From NCBI GenBank assembly GCA_965649765.1, contig OZ287756.1, forward strand, positions 21,204,001 to 21,268,000: a stretch of DNA of 64,000 bases. The letters run 5' to 3'. Of this stretch, positions 1 through 15,500 are shown one piece after another. Below the pieces are notes generated by a model. The model did no database searches and was not told where the DNA came from. It was given only the letters and a program-made list of their open reading frames with translations. The translations under genes and the position numbers were made by a program. This DNA comes from Bispira polyomma (Eukaryota). The number at the start of each line of letters is the position of its first letter. Positions within the stretch are counted from its first letter, which is position 1.

Positions 1-2393
1 AGCAAGCATTTGATCTGTTTTTCGCAATATGACGTACGCTGTGGAAATAGATGTACAAATCAACTAAATTTAAGAGAATGTATACAAAGTTAGACGGCTA
101 CAAAAAGATGGCAGATATACTTATATATGTAGTTCACATATTATATTATTGAATATCAACTGTTTGAGGAGGTCATATAGGGATATAATAAGCCACTCAA
201 AGCCAGATCAATAGGGTTTAATGACCATTAGCTTATATTCTGTTTAGCAAACTAATTATAATTTAATTTTTAATTTTTTATTTGTCATCATCTTTAACCG
301 AAAACAGGTTCTTGCAAAGCACAATGGTAACAAATATTTTTGCAAGGACAGACTTTAGAATTTGCTTTGAAACCTTTCAAAAAGAAATGCAGAGCAGAAA
401 GCAGGGAATGCCATTTTTATCTTAATTTATTTTTAATAAGGAATGTTGAACCGGAAATATGTTATTGTGTAGAATTAGAATCAGCAAAAAATGTTTAATA
501 ACAACATGTGACAGAAACAGCTTTACCACTTGTAATATATCTTTAAAAGTAAGAAATATGGCCAGATTTGTTTAATATTTCAGTGATATGGCCACACCAG
601 GCAGATAAGATGCAAGTAATAAAAAATCCTTATTAAAATCCCATCAAAATAATGTAATCCTGTAATTTGTTTTCAATTAAATCACCACTTAAAAATCATA
701 GCTGCATTGATTTGGAACAAGTATAGATATATACTAGGCAAAAATCAACCAGATTATAGTCAACAGGACTGGATAAACCTACCAACATTATACCCTAAAA
801 TTGTCTGCTCTCTGACGAGGTTTCTCTAAAAAGCTGTCCAGCCATAATTACAACAGCCTGACCTTATGGTGGAGACCACTAGATAGACTATAGAGAAATC
901 TATATACTTGTACTGTAAACCACAGACCTATGCTATATACCTGGACCCCTTATTATAAGGAAGTAACCTAAACTTGTAACCACTCATTTCAATAAAGCCT
1001 TCAATGCTGGATTTAAATATGTAGTCAGATGTTACTTCACTTTACTCAGGGATATGGATATTTTAGATGTGAGCTTAAGGCTGAGTTCAATTGGAGAAGT
1101 TTGAATAATGTGGCCAGAGACCTACTTTTAGAAGGAACAAGGGAATTAGTGGGATTCAGTGGCCCGTCAAGGGGAAAAAACGTCTCCAAGGATTTCTGAG
1201 GCAAACAGTACAAACCTGTAGTGTGCATAAGATAGAATTATAAAAAATGCTGACATTTTATGTAGGGGAAATTTTGTCATGTAAGTATTTAAAGAAAACT
1301 AGAGCATGGAATGACTTAACGTTTAAAGATGACATGCTAAATTTACTTAAATTTACCTGAGAATGTGACAAATACATGTTGGGTCTATTTCAAAGAGGCA
1401 CCGTTTGTAAATTTGTGTTATTTCAGCAAGAATTGAGGGAGAAACAACCATTTTTTATCCATTTAAAACACAAACAGACACAATCTCAGACTGTGACATT
1501 ATTCACTTGTTCACTTGGTCGTAATACTGCTTGTTCTCATTTTATTGGGGAGACCTCTAAACACACACACATATTGGGATTGATTGGAAGTATCTATACG
1601 TTCTCAAAACACACACCACTACATACACACATACCATATTGTGATTGCTTTGAAGTATGCACACACATATACATATTCTCACACTGTGTACCATTGGGTT
1701 GGGTTTTATAATAAATAAACAACTCGTGGCACTTACAGTAGTGCCACTTGGTGTTTATCTCTATAGTATTGCATTAAACAATTAAGGAGGGGTTCAAGTA
1801 GAAAATGTTGTCCATACATAACCCATATATTAAACGATTATGTGTTACATTTGTTTGGCTATAAGTGTGGGATATATATACAATCATATATGTAGATAGT
1901 ATTATTATATAGCCTTTTCTCAGGCTCAACTAAATTAAATTGTATTACATATATTTACACTACATTTACATGATATTATTATGCCGCCTTGCCAACCACA
2001 CACCTTCCTTCCTGTATTAAAACTAATAGGTGAACAATGTCATTAAAACTATTCTGTACAAAAAATGAATAGTTTTCTAAGATCAAATGCAGGAAATATA
2101 TTTCACAATAGGGGATTATGGACATCAATAACATCAAAGGGAAAGCATTTCATGGCCAAAATTTTAAAAATTATAAGGCAAAAATCTGAAAAATATCTAT
2201 TTAATGGCAAAAGAATATGTGATTTACATCCATTAATTCATTATTAGATTTACCTATTATTAGTTCCTAGATCAGATGCAAAGGTATATTTCACAAAAAA
2301 TACATTTAAAGCCCATAGGGTGGTATTTTGTTTTGAGGATGGGGGTTGGGGGGAATTTCCACAGTTGATGATTTTGTGTTACAATAGTGTCTC

Positions 2394-2930
2394 TTTTTGG
2401 GCGGGTTGCGTGTAGCCAACGCGCCTATAAGATTGATGTGTCTGACCGTCTATCTGTCCGTCAACATTTTGGTTTCGGGATATTTAAAGGAAAACTATTT
2501 CGGGTATCATCACCAAATTTTTTGTGAAAGTGTATTTTGTCAATAGTGTGGGATTGTATTTGGGCCCATTCTGAAAAACAATATGGCTGCCACGGCCGCC
2601 AACATGAAACGGTTACTGGACATTTAAAGCAAAAGTATTGCAGCTATTATCACTAAATTTGTTGTGGAGGTGTATCATGTCAATAGCTTAATTCTGATTG
2701 TATTTGGACCCATTCCGAAAAACAAGATACCTGCCACAGCTGTCAACATGAAAATGGTTTCCGGACATTCAAAGGAAAAGTATCGCAGCTATCATCACCA
2801 AATTTATTGTGGAGGTGTATCATGTCAATAGCTTGGTTAGGATTCTATTTGGGCCCATTCTGAAAACAAGATGACCGCCACAGTCACCATCTTGAAAATG
2901 GTTTTAGAACGTTTAAGGAAAACATACTGG
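2394..2930 (+). mobile_element. Non-autonomous Helentron-like (HINE-type) element with ~140-145 bp internal tandem repeats
   Basis: T-rich start, a (GTCY)n-like microsatellite 'gtctgaccgtctatctgtccgtc', then ~3.2 repeats starting at ~2471, 2611, 2756 and 2900 ('ggtttc.gga.att.aaagg..aa.tat...tatcatcaccaaattt'). Absent from copies B and C. Confidence 0.6.
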
Positions 2931-3303
2931 ACAGATCATAAAGCAATATGGAATGCCATTTGATTCAAGTAGTCTACAGGTTAGTTTCTAAAATAGAAGT
3001 AGCTAGAGACCTGTAAAACACGGGCCAACAGTCTTGCGGTCTATAGAACCGTTGACAGTAAAATAACTATAAATCTGTACAAACAAATAATTCTGGGGTC
3101 TAAAACCCCACTTGTTAGTTCAATTAGCTATCAACACGAGTAATTCACAAATATCACAGAAACCGTTACAGATAGAGCGATTTTGAGCAAATTTTTGGTC
3201 TTTTGAGTATAAGAGACCTTACATATAGTGTGTCTAAACAAACAAAACAAAGTCTTCAGAGACTACTGTGCAACTGCTGACAAAGCATTCATAGGGTGGA
3301 CTA

Positions 3304-3428
3304 GGGGCTGCGGTGGCCTAGTGGTTAGCAAGCATTGCACTTCACATTCACTGGTCTCTCACCTCTGGGCAGTGTGAGTTTGACTCCCGTCGATGCCTAT
3401 GTGGGGAAGGTGGTAGTTCCTTACTGAA
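3304..3428 (+). mobile_element. tRNA-derived SINE, 3'-truncated
   Basis: A box TGGCCTAGTGG and B-box-like GTTTGACTCC; same family as the copies at 19066 and 52482. Confidence 0.8.
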
Positions 3429-6400
3429 TGGCAAACTCTGATACTTTCTATCACATTTTTTCGCCCACTGAAGACGAATATATACTGATAGCTAGCTATA
3501 CAAAAAAATCCATCTTCTGTCCCAAGTCAAAGCCCTACCTAATTTTGCGCCCAATTATTGGTTGCAATTGTCATCTTGTTATCTTTAGTTATTATGATTT
3601 TGAACTGCTGCTAATTTATGTTGGGCTGCTAAAACATTAATAGGAATAATCTTGCCTGTAAAGGTATGACCTTAGGTTTGTTCTGAATACACTTAATCTT
3701 CTCTGATTACGGCTGTCAGTTGGAAGTTTGTGACATTCACTTGGAGCCGCCTATTACGTGAAACAACAACTACCACCTTTTATTTGGGATGACAATAAAT
3801 TACTACATATTACTGGGAAGAGCAGCTCTGCATAAAATTTTGTTAAACAGGGCGTTCAAACAGTGTGAGCAGTAATAGATATTGCACTACTTTATACAAA
3901 AGTATGTTTACCAAGAGACCAAATTTTCTGTCACTGTATCTTGTCCTTGTGCACATACCAAAAAAAAACAAAACATTTTTTAATTAGTTTTGTTTGTAAA
4001 GATAATCTAATAACTGCATGCAATTTATGGCCCACCTGTAAGCTCTTGTTTGCACAAATATCAACAGAAAGGTACCGTGGCAGGTATCTTAACTTTTGCA
4101 AATGGTAATGGCTCTGTGGAAACTCGGGCTAATCTAGCTGTTGTTAACTCTTCTGGAGCCATATTCTCAAAAGATCTTAAACTCAACTTATGCTTCAGCT
4201 CAAATCTAAAGTCCACATATTTCTGGCTAGAGTGGAGTTAAGTCAAGTGTGATTATAAATTGAATTCAAGACTGAAAGCTCTTCTAAAATGAACGGTCAT
4301 AAGTACAGATTATCTACATACTCAAGGACTTCTACATAGCCTTTATTTAAGCTGTGTCTGACTTCAAGCTTGAGTCTCTTACGATGATATGGGACGTGGT
4401 TTTACAGATGATATCTGTGACATCGATCAAATAACCAGGCTAATTCTAACCATAAGGTCTGGCCCTCCATCAATAAAAAGTTCAGTTGTGTTGTTCTAAC
4501 TTGTGAGTTTTCCCATTGCAGTTTGCTTATAACTCTTGTCACAACTGAGTGTTTACGTATGAGCAGATCTATTTATAGCACTGGTGATGTAAGAGCATTG
4601 TTAGTAGGTAACCTGTGATATTTGTGTCTGGACCAACTTTTTGTTTGTCTTTTTTTTCCTGATAGTTTTTTTTGGTTGAATTGGTAACAGATGTTTGTCT
4701 GTTGTCTATTAAGTAGCGTTATAGTACATTTAACTTTGTGTTTAGTCGTATAAATGAATTACACTGTACAAGTTAAAAATGTAAGAATGTTAGAAAAAAA
4801 TTAAGCTATTTTACAATTTTCAAGAAATTCAATGGAATTATTTTTGTCACCATTGGTCTTATAATTCTATATTTTAACTAAGCATGCTACAATAGCTACA
4901 ATTACTTCCCATTGAAGATTACTACTTATTTAGGCATAAAATTATAAATAATGAATGGTGAATTATTTGACCTCTTTTGATAGTTATATTTGGAAGAATA
5001 AACCACAGGTACAAAAAATCTAAACCTGTTACAAACTGTGTATCAGGTAGGTAAGCACGCATTCCTGATTAAAATCCCCATTAATATTAAGTGATCCTGT
5101 ACTTTACTTTTACAAATCCACTCTCAACGTAACAAAAATGTCTCTGCTGAATAAAAAGGCAATATGTACAGCTAAATTACCAGAAATAGGTTGCAAGAAA
5201 TAGAATGGCAGTTGTGCATGATACTTGACACAAATTTTAAACAATCTACTCCATAAAAAAAGATTACATCACTCGAGCTTGTTTTTTAAGCTCCTCTGAC
5301 AATTTTCGAGGTATTTTTGTCTCCTCGAACACTTTAGCCCTTTTTTAGATGTTTTATTATAGTAAAAATAAAAGACAAATTAAAGACTTTGTTGCTACAA
5401 GAAAAAAGACAAGATTTCTCTTGGGATGTGATATGGTTTGAATGAATCTGTGCTTTTATATCAGGGGAAAAGTGAAAAATGCGCTTTGGTCCAAGCAAAA
5501 ACCTTTTTATATTGCATAGATAGTTGTCTATCATGCCTTGCTTGTTAATTGGAAATTTTAACCGGAAAATTTATAATTTTTGAGTAATTCACTGGAATAG
5601 ATTTTTACTATTGCCTATTTTTTGTAGTTAAAATATTAATACAATTCCAAAATTCAACTTGGAAAATACTTATTTATCCCAAATATAAAAAATTAATTCT
5701 TAGTGAATGTTTCCATTTATGCAGTATATTTTAACATTTTGCTATTAAGACCAAATAGACACAACATATACTTTTCAATTGTATATTGAATGGTCTGTTG
5801 AATCAATAGTTATTACAGGTCAAGTATAAATACTAAAGATACACAATACACTCATGACCCAAAAATATTTGCCCACATGGTAACAGTTTAGTTCACTGTA
5901 AAGTCAATACTATGATAACAAAACAAATCCTTTTGCTATTAACAAGCTAGATATTGTCTGCTAAAGCGTAAAAAACCACCAAACTCCTATTACAAATGTG
6001 TTTCTACCCTTTGCTGTTGTTTGTTTCATTTAATTTTTTTCTCTTTACACTTGATAGATCTGTGGTTGTGGTGGTAAATCCATCACATAACACAAGCTAA
6101 TTTAAACTATGAGGTTCTCTGAATGTCAATTAATGGACATCCTTCAAACTGACAAGGTCAAAGTGTTATTGCTTATATATTCTTGTCACAGCCACAAACA
6201 GCAAATCATGGCGTAACTGTATTTCCAGATAGCTCTATCACTGTACTTTCATTGTGATGTGCCTCAATTTAGTTTATAGTTCTTCTTTTGAATTGTGGTT
6301 GCAATAATATACCAATATATCTTTGTTATTTTGTTATTTGAATATGATGCATTTATATATTAAATAACTTTGGCCCAAGTAAGTAACAGAGACACTTTGG

Positions 6401-9400
6401 ATTTTGGAGGAACTGGGTCTAATCCTAGCCTTGAGTTCACAGGTACAATAGAAACATATTTTGGCTTTTCGTTAATATTTAAATTAATGACACAATTGTC
6501 CCTCTGCAATTAGGTTCTGTCCCCAATGGCAGGATAATGAATCTTTGTTAAAGTGATATATGGTCATCTGTAAACCTCTTGCTTCTCTTAATTGGAATGT
6601 TCCAGTAAATGGTGAATATCGATTTAAATATCAGATACAATACATTGCCAAACTGACAACAATACAAGTGAAATGTTCATCCCAAAAAGGGATATTGCTA
6701 TAAGGTTGTCGACAAAGGGCAATGATTCGTTTATATCTTCCAAACAAGAACATTTTTCCCCAGTGATCATGTGAGTTTAGCAGGGGATAAACCAGGGATT
6801 ATCCAATCACCAGACCTAGTCCACTGATAGTGAGATTAATGTGAAGTTATTGTAAGTTTTGCTGAAAACAATAAAAGACTCAGTTTAGGTTTTATTTTCA
6901 TAGGTTAGTATGTATAAAAGTCACAATAAAAGGAAGTTAAAATTGAATATAATCAAATTTTAAGCTCCAAAAATGTAAATCTAAAATGGAGGAAAGCTAG
7001 TGAAGCTAATTCTGTGATTGGTTAATAAGATAGATAGACAGAAAGTAGGGCTATGCCTCTATAGCCTTCGCTAGGGGAATTAAGGTAGTAGTTGTTAAAA
7101 ATCTTTATATACTTATATATGGATCCTAGATATTTATACCATGACACTTCAGGTGAACAAAGAGCTTTGTACCTAGATGCCGGTTGTACATGAGATTCTA
7201 GCTTACATAATTAACTCTGGCAGCCATGTGGGTTCACTAGAAGATATAAAAGTGAGGCGCTTTTCTCTTTACATATCCCCTGTACAAAGAGGCAGTTACT
7301 TGCCAATGGTTGTTGGTTTCCAGTGTAGAATCTTGACCAACTAGTATATACTGGTTTTCTTCAGCACTTAAAACTGCCCGTCGTGATATAACCTATACAA
7401 GGTGTTGAAAGCTACATTAAAACCAAATCTAATTTCTCAGGTATGTTAAAAATGTATGCCTAAACATATTCTACTTTTAAAACTTTGCAATTCCCCAGGC
7501 ATTGTCTCTTTTAGGTTTTTAGTTGTTTTTATTTTCTTTTTGATAAACCTCTGCCATGAAGGTAATTGTAGAAGCCTGTTTTTTATGGAGTGTTACTACA
7601 CAGTCAATAGGTGAGAGATTCAACTCCCTATTCTATTGCATTCTAACAGGTCCCGGAGGTGTAATAAAGTGTCACCCCCTACTACATGTAGAAATTCAAT
7701 TTGATAAAACACATAAAAACTTGATCTTAAATGGGCCCACTTTTTTCTTCCCTTTCCCTGACTTTATTTATTAATTGACCCTTTTTACCCATAAAACACA
7801 AAGAGGTTGACAGAGACTTTTTAAACTGGCTGCTTGTCTGTGTAATTTGATAGCCTTTTACTTTTACTTGTGTGGAGTGGATAGAAAGACTTTCAACTTG
7901 GCTGGTTTCTTTGGGGTGAAAATACTGATAATTCGATTCATTCTGAGGGACAAAACAGCCTTTTTGTTAGAGCTTTAGTTTTGGGGGCACCCTTGGGCTC
8001 TGCTGAGTGCCGTTGTCATTGGGTTTATGTCGTTTTTCACAGCAGTTTTCATATCATGACAGTCAGTAAACCGCTATTTCAGTCCATTTCACTAATTTAT
8101 TTTACAGGTATAGCTATCACTATCCATCTTCTCTCTAATTTAATCCTGGGCAAATCACAATTTTACCTCACTTTTAACAACCTCACATGAGGTCATATGA
8201 CGGTGGCCAAATTGAATGGTGTTGAATACATTCATCTTATTTTAGAACTATTGGTGGGGACTTTTTTAAATTTAATACAAATTGACACCTGAGGCCGGAG
8301 AATGCTGTGTTCTGCTGTAACTAAACCTCTGTCACGCTATCGGTGAAACATTATTACCTATACAAAAAGTACTATTGTCACTAAGGATAATTTATAAAAC
8401 TAAAATTTCGTCAACCGATATTAAGCAATGATTATTAAAAAAGGTTCAATTTTGTAGGATTATTATTATTTTTTATTATTTAAATATTTATGATGCTATC
8501 ATTACAAATCACCGTCATTTGATTTAATTTACAAGACCAAAGCTGCTTCAGCCAAACTTGCATAAATTGATAAATATTACAATATTGTAATGAAATTGTT
8601 TATTAATTGATCAAATAATGATGCTGTAATTACAAATCAGCATCATTAAATTGAATTTACAAGACTAAAATTTCTTAAAACATATTTAGCAGTGATTGAC
8701 AGAGAAATTTGCAATAATCTATTAGTATTCTATTTATTACAAATAATCGTAATTAAATTTATATTTTTCAGAATACTTATATTATAATCCAGTTTAGGGC
8801 AGTATTCGTTGCATCAGGTTCGTGGCTTTTCATCCACAAATTGATTACCCCATAAGCCCCTCCTCCTCCAAAAGAAAATACCCCAGTCCCACTGCAAGGA
8901 AATTGAGGCATGTTTGAAACGAAACTGTGGCGGACCTGCTACAAAAGTAACATGTTCCTTCATTAACATCCACCAACGAACAATAACAAATACCCACTAA
9001 TACCTCACTAAATGCAACAAAATGTCACTGCTACTAATTTACACTAATGCAAAATGAGTCAAAACAACCTGCTACTGATGTGAAACGTTCAAAAACTAAT
9101 CAAGTTATATATACACTAATATGAAGAAATTTGTGGTGCATTCGTCACAGCCATCCATATGAATAAGCGGTTCACTCGTACAGAAATTCATAGCAGTGTT
9201 TTCTGCAAACCACCAACCTTCAGCAAGTCTACTGCCAACTTTTTGAGATACATGCCAGGACCGTGATTTTGCAGAGGTTAGAAACCAGAGTTGTACTGCT
9301 GCACCACCGAAGCCCCTTCCTCTTTGTACACAATATTCATTCCATGTTATGTCATGGTATTTCCTGCTCTAAAAGGAGGGGAAACAAGAATTGTCTTATC

Positions 9401-10289
9401 AAAAAGACATAGGTGCGAAATACACTAACTTTGATATGGCCACTATATACTCAGGCCCAAGGCTGTGCCTGATAAAAATAACTCTGACACCGTCAGTTTA
9501 GACTGCTTTCCAAACAATCAAGGAAATTTTTTGATCGATCTATTAGACAGAAAGTTGATAGGTGAAAATTGTGGAAAATTGTGGATAATATAAAATATAA
9601 ACCTCAAACAAAATTTCTGGTACATAAACATATATATTGTATGTTGTCTATTGATCCAGGATGTGCATGTTTGTGAATGTACTAGATGACAGATATATGT
9701 GAACAACTAACAAACAACAACATGTGCATGAGCAGAAACTATATTTTATCTCTAGTCTACAACCTGACACTGTGGGAAAGCTTAAACTAACATTACGCCC
9801 AGCACACCATCGGAATGAAGAATAATTCTACTCTGTACTCTGAACTACCGATTAAATAAGTGAATTGAGGTGATTAAGGTACAATTTTAATAGAAAAATA
9901 TATTAATGGATCTGATTAAGACAAATTTGTGGGAGTAGCAGAAGAGAAAATCACTTTGTGACAACAAAAAACCTTTCCATCATTCATTCGTTGGAGGCTT
10001 GGGTTGTCTGATATTCCATCCATCACTAGCCACCTGCTTTTGACTGTACAATTAATTTGTCGGGTGCCATCTCTCCATAACTCTTAAAATTACATTTGCT
10101 TCCTATTCGTTATCGAATTATCCTACCTTGCTACCTTCAACAGAGGAAAGTGAGTCGAAGGAAAATAAAACTAGATGATCATTTATCATCTTCCTTCAAC
10201 TTAGCTTCCCATTCAAATTCATGTTACTACAGTCAAGGCCGTAGTTATTCAACGACCCTTCTACTTCCATTCTCTTCTCTCTTTCAGTA

Positions 10290-10480
10290 ACCTAAAGAGA
10301 GGCAATAGACTCTCGGTTTTTTCTGTTAAACCCTCCACGAAGTTTTTTCCATTGCAGCTCCCTTGTTATGGTGCGGTCTTCCAGTCGACCTGACATAATC
10401 AGACACACTTTCATGAAAAAGTTTAAAACATATCTTTTCAACCTGGCCTTCCCACCACAGTTTCTATCCTGTACACCCCC
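10290..10480 (+). mobile_element. Decayed 3' end of an L2/CR1-type LINE (paralog at ~33800-33980)
   Basis: Reads FSIAAPLLWCGLPVDL...KKFKTYLFNLAF, the typical L2 ORF2 C-terminus; contains stops and frameshifts. Confidence 0.55.
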
Positions 10481-11443
10481 ACATACTTCCTTGCGAAAGC
10501 ATAACAATAATAAGTGACTGTTTCCTCTGTAAAACCCCTTAAGAAGGCTGGATCTAGAATTTTCTCTAACACTGCCCCTGTGTCATGCAATGCTCCCTGG
10601 TTTGAGCATAAAAACCTTTTCTAGATTCAAGAAAATACTTGAAACTATCGCTTATCACTTATGCCCTTTAATTCCGTCCTTGTACACCCTCACATCCTTC
10701 CTTTTGACCTGGCTATGTTTTAAGACTTCCCTATTGGTTGAATGATTCTGTTGTTGGACTTTCGAAAATGCCTTGCATCGAAAAGGTGCATTAAAATGCA
10801 AAATACAATACATTACAATAATATAAACTAATTAAGTATGTGAATAAGTTTTTCTTCTTTCAACTTGTTCCTTGTGAGGATTGTAGGCAGTTAAGCCTTT
10901 TTCACAATGCATATCTGTGATACTAAAGTTTCCTCTTTTGCCTTTCTACCTTTAGTCCAAAGTAAAAATAAAAACCAATGACGTATATATGAGTCTATAT
11001 CCTTGCTGATCCTGTTTTACAATAATATGGATCATCATTTAATAGGGCCTGGTCCTATCTTGTGATCCAGGTTTCCTGTTGTAGCATTCCTTAGTAATGT
11101 CCTCCACATGGCTTGTATTTATCCCAATGACCTCTCATAAAACATGTGAACGGTATTTGACCATGTAGAGTGATTTTTTACTAAAGCTACATCACTTTAT
11201 GCATTATTATGATCTATACTGGCCCAGTTTTTCTCGCAAATGTTTGCACATCATTCACATGTGGAATCTAATTTTAAAAAATTCTTTAGTTTTTTGAGAT
11301 TATAAAAAAATAATAGTTATTCATGCAAAACTTGTAGTAAATGCTGTATATCTTCAATTATAAATTTTTGATTTTCAGCTGCTTCTCTTGAAAATTAACC
11401 CAGAACTTTTTGTTAAAAAAATGCGTTAAAGATTTAAACTTGT

Positions 11444-12580
11444 TAACTAATGCATAGCACGACCCAATAGGGGTCTGCTACTTCAGTTCAACCAAAGAAA
11501 AATGTATTACTACTTTAAGCCCTAGGGGCAAATTCGACAACTGTAGCATGATTCATCCAACCGTGAACTGGCCAGCCAATTAGGGGTTTTCCCTCCCAAA
11601 TTCTGCATTCCTGTCCTAATATCTTCCATTTTGGAAAAGGATTCAGCAGTATACACACGTACATTTTCCACCCACCTCCCCTTAACCACACCATAAGTTA
11701 GGTTAAATAGGGTATTTTCAAAAAAATTTTAGTTAAAGGCACAGATTATGGTGCTATAGTAAATGTTCATTTCTTAGCTATGGCCACTTTTGGTACTAAG
11801 CACATACTATGTTAAGAAGATCTCTGGTTGTGGACCCAAAAGGGCCCTGCTGAAAATCTTTGTAAGATAGGAAATCACTTAAATTTGGCTGGATTTGTGG
11901 GAGTTTTTGAACTCCGAACTGTGTGGTGTTAGGTCCTTCCTCATAACCTACCCTCTGGTGTGGGCTACCAGGGGGGCAATGCTCTGTGAGGTAGGACGTC
12001 TCACTGCTAGGCGAGTCGGTGCTGTAAGTTCCGGGTTCCCAAAAACTCCAATTAAGGCTGCTAGCGCAGGCATAATACGGCTTATAAGTCCGGATTAAAT
12101 AGGAAATTTACTAGTTAACGATTAAATATTGGTATGATTTAAAATGTTGAATGTAATGTCATTGGGCATAATTGTATTGAATAGTATTGGTATGATGTAA
12201 TGTCATTTGGCATAATTGTATTGAATAGTGTTGGATTGACGTTGGCCTTAGGGGCTGATTGTTATAAAGGTGTACTGTTGTATGCTAGGCAAATGCTTAG
12301 TCCTCAGACGTTGGTTTTCCCAGCTTGCTGCTTAATGCTTGTGAGGTTTTATCCTCTGTATTATTTACTCCCTTGCTTTTGCTTGTGTTGTCATGTAATG
12401 GGTGATTTTAAAATTACCTTGTATTTTAATAATTTATACCTATTTTACACCTACCTGTATATAGATTTACTAACATGTACAGAATTTAAATAAATTCCTC
12501 AAACCATAGTTTCACTGTCTTCTGCTATACTTATCAGACTATCTTTCCACTACAACTTACCTTCTTTCCATTATACCAAG
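11444..12580 (+). mobile_element. Solo A-spacer-B remnant of a Ngaro-type YR retrotransposon (no coding region)
   Basis: Absent from the copy B site (~36390). In order it carries a CCCACC tract (11671), the structured spacer motif shared with the 43047-48880 element (11900-12055), a B-start motif 'atgggtgattttaaaatt' (12398; cf. 'atgggtacatttaaaatt') and 'aataaattc'. Ends are approximate (+/-20 bp). Confidence 0.65.
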
Positions 12581-15500
12581 TAGAACTGCACTAGTTACCT
12601 ATGAAAGCTAGGCACAACCTAATTATGGATAATGTAATGTAAGCCTGTAGCCAACTTAGATTATCATTCTCTGTCTAAAACTAAATTTTGGATTCTACTT
12701 TTTGTAGAACTTTTTAACAATTAAGGTTGATCCAAAATATCCTTGCTTCTCTGTTAATACATTAAAAGTGAAGGTTGATAGAAGGAAATCCAAAACAGTG
12801 ATGATTTTTTGTTTCATTGAGTATCTTCCCCTTTATATCAGCAGTCTATAAAGAATGAGAAAGTCTCTCATTTCTACCAAAAACTGAGATGATAAAAGTG
12901 GAATGGTCTATCGTCTTAGAACTCATAGGCCAAGTGTAGAAGACATGTTTATGGTCCACAGAGATGACACTCATTTAGCTTATTTATTAATGCCAGTTGC
13001 TAAATCCATTGCTATCTATTATCTGTGTGAATTAAGGCGTTGTGTTATAGGTTTTTTATTTTATACATGTTAGTTAGGTATGTATACATCAAGTGTTTAA
13101 AAATTACATAGTTTACAATTTTGAAAGAAATTTAAAATACCTATTACGAGTTTAATAAACTGGCCACTTAAATACATCACAGTCGTTCCTTTTGGTATTA
13201 CATGATTTAGATGCTGGGCAGCTGTAAATAACATACAGACAAATCCTATATCCACTGGACCACCACTGCACTGACGACATCTACCCCCTCAGTAACTAAT
13301 CCTTCAAATATCTGTCATTGTGAACAACGTTGTCTTTCAGCCTTTCACTAAGCTTATTGCATGTAACAAACAACATTGTCACTGTCCCAATCAGTGCAGG
13401 AAGACATGTTTATGGTCTTACAACCTTAACACATGCACAGGAAGTAAGACTGGCTTCTACATACTCAGAAAAACACAGCCTTACAAACACAGTACAGGTG
13501 TACAATAGTTAATGTAAGAATTTTTACTTTTTTTAATGTAAGAATTTTTACTTTTTAAATTGACAAAAATTATTTTTTTACATTCAAAATCAGAAAGTTT
13601 ATCTATACCATAGTGTTATTACATGACGATTGTGTGTATATCAATGTAGGGCAATAAAAACTATACAAGGTACCTTTTACTTGGTGTTTATTATATTGTT
13701 TTGGTACTGAGGAAATACCAAACTTACCCGGTTGTTTAAACGCTAAATACAAAATGATTCCAAAAAGCAAATGTCGCCACCATTATTTAAAAAAAAAAAT
13801 TGGAGAAGCTAAAACCCCACAGTCTTTGGGTTTAATTAGACCCTCATGTTGCACACGAAATATTTGTACCCAATATAAATTTCCTTGGCCTCACAAAACT
13901 AGCCCGGACAAATTTGGTGATTGCTGCACCGCCCATCTGAACATCAATATCTCTTTCTGGAATGAAATTAAGTAAAATCTAAAGTCATATTTGAATCCAG
14001 GATTGAAAACTCTTTTAAAATGAATAGTCACAAGTATAGGTTATTTTCATATACAGGTACTTTCACATAGCCTATATTTAAGTTGAGTTTGAATTCCAGA
14101 GTTTCTTTGGAGAATATGAGTCTGTGTCCTTCTAACTTCTCTTCTTACTTTGTGATTCCGACTTTTAGAACCTATTCCCATAGCTGGAACATCCAAACTC
14201 ATCATATTATGAAATAAAGTGTCCTTTGTGGCTTCAGACACATGTACTTGTACATTTTTAGAAACAAAGAAAATACATTTCCCTCCTCCATTTTGCATTC
14301 AACTTGGGTTTTCAGAATCTCATCTTATAAATTTTACGGCTGAAAATATTCTTGATACAATGAAAGTGATGCTAGAATTTGTTTCAATTGGGCATGTCAG
14401 GTGCTTTAAAAACATTTTGTTAAGAGTTGCATTAGTAAGTATGACTCTCAGTTCGCTTTGTAAATACAACTTTGTTAATGTTTCTTTGTGTTACCCTACT
14501 TAAATATTTTACATATGTAGTTGATTATTGTTATGTTTCTGCCACATAACCTAAAATAACTAAAATCATTGAAATGTAGTGAAAACTAACACTTTTAAAA
14601 CTAAAATCATTGAAATGTAGTGAAAACTAACACTTTTATATATTGCAACATTATTACAATGGTGTAGGCAGCAATGTTTAGTAAATGGTTTTTAACATGA
14701 AAACCCAAGCTTTAATAGACAACCATTATTTGTTAGTTGTTTTTTGAAAACCATGTTGCTGAGTTAGTATAGCTTACAATTAGACAGTTCACCCAATTTC
14801 CAAGACTAGTTAACTATTATGTGAGTTTCAACTGAATACTAGGTTAAAAAACACAAGCTACTCTGAGTTTGAGTTGTTATTCTATTTCTGTTTCATTCTA
14901 TTTTGTTGTTATTTACAAGACAGTTTACCCAATTTGTCGAAAAAAAGTTCACAGAATATAATTCTCTTGGTTAAATTACTACATCAGAAAAATAAGACCT
15001 CATGATTTGTTTCATGTCTCAAGCGTATTTTAAAAAGGTGTTCCCTAACAATTGCTTCAGCATAATCTAAAGTGCTAAATGAATTTTGTGCAATGTCATT
15101 TTCATTAATAACATTTCTTATTTTGATTCTAGTACAAAAACAAGTTGTGTTTAAGGTTTTCTACCAACAAATTCGTGACTTCTAAAACTTGTATTACAAG
15201 TATAAAACTCACTTGATCAAAAACCACCATTTTACAAAGGAGCTACCGTGTAAGCATTGGTTAAATTAAGTTTGTGACTTTTTCCCTGGTCAAGTTCAAT
15301 CTCACTAAAAGACAAAGTAAACTACCAGTTTTTTTTTTCGTAAAAGTGCCTAAAATAATAAATGACCTAAAAGACTGCCTTGTTTGCATCACACAGCTTT
15401 TGTGTGATATCACGACATCCAGTTCAGTAGTGAAAGAATCAAAACAGTGTAGCTGGTCGAAGTTTTTTGATCTGCAAACCCCTGGCCTTCAGCAAGTCTA

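Noticed and set aside
2471-2930. CRISPR-like array
   Set aside because: These are ~143-bp tandem units without unique spacers, and no cas genes are present.
10680-11240. Coding-like decayed stretch on the minus strand (paralog ~35520-36080)
   Set aside because: Every frame has multiple stops and no motif I can recognise, so it cannot be assigned without a search.
14557-14638. Small tandem duplications (also ~13511-13556, ~30645-30830, ~59920-60160) and a CA-rich tract at ~1560-1690
   Set aside because: Ordinary slippage or microsatellite events with no sign of function.
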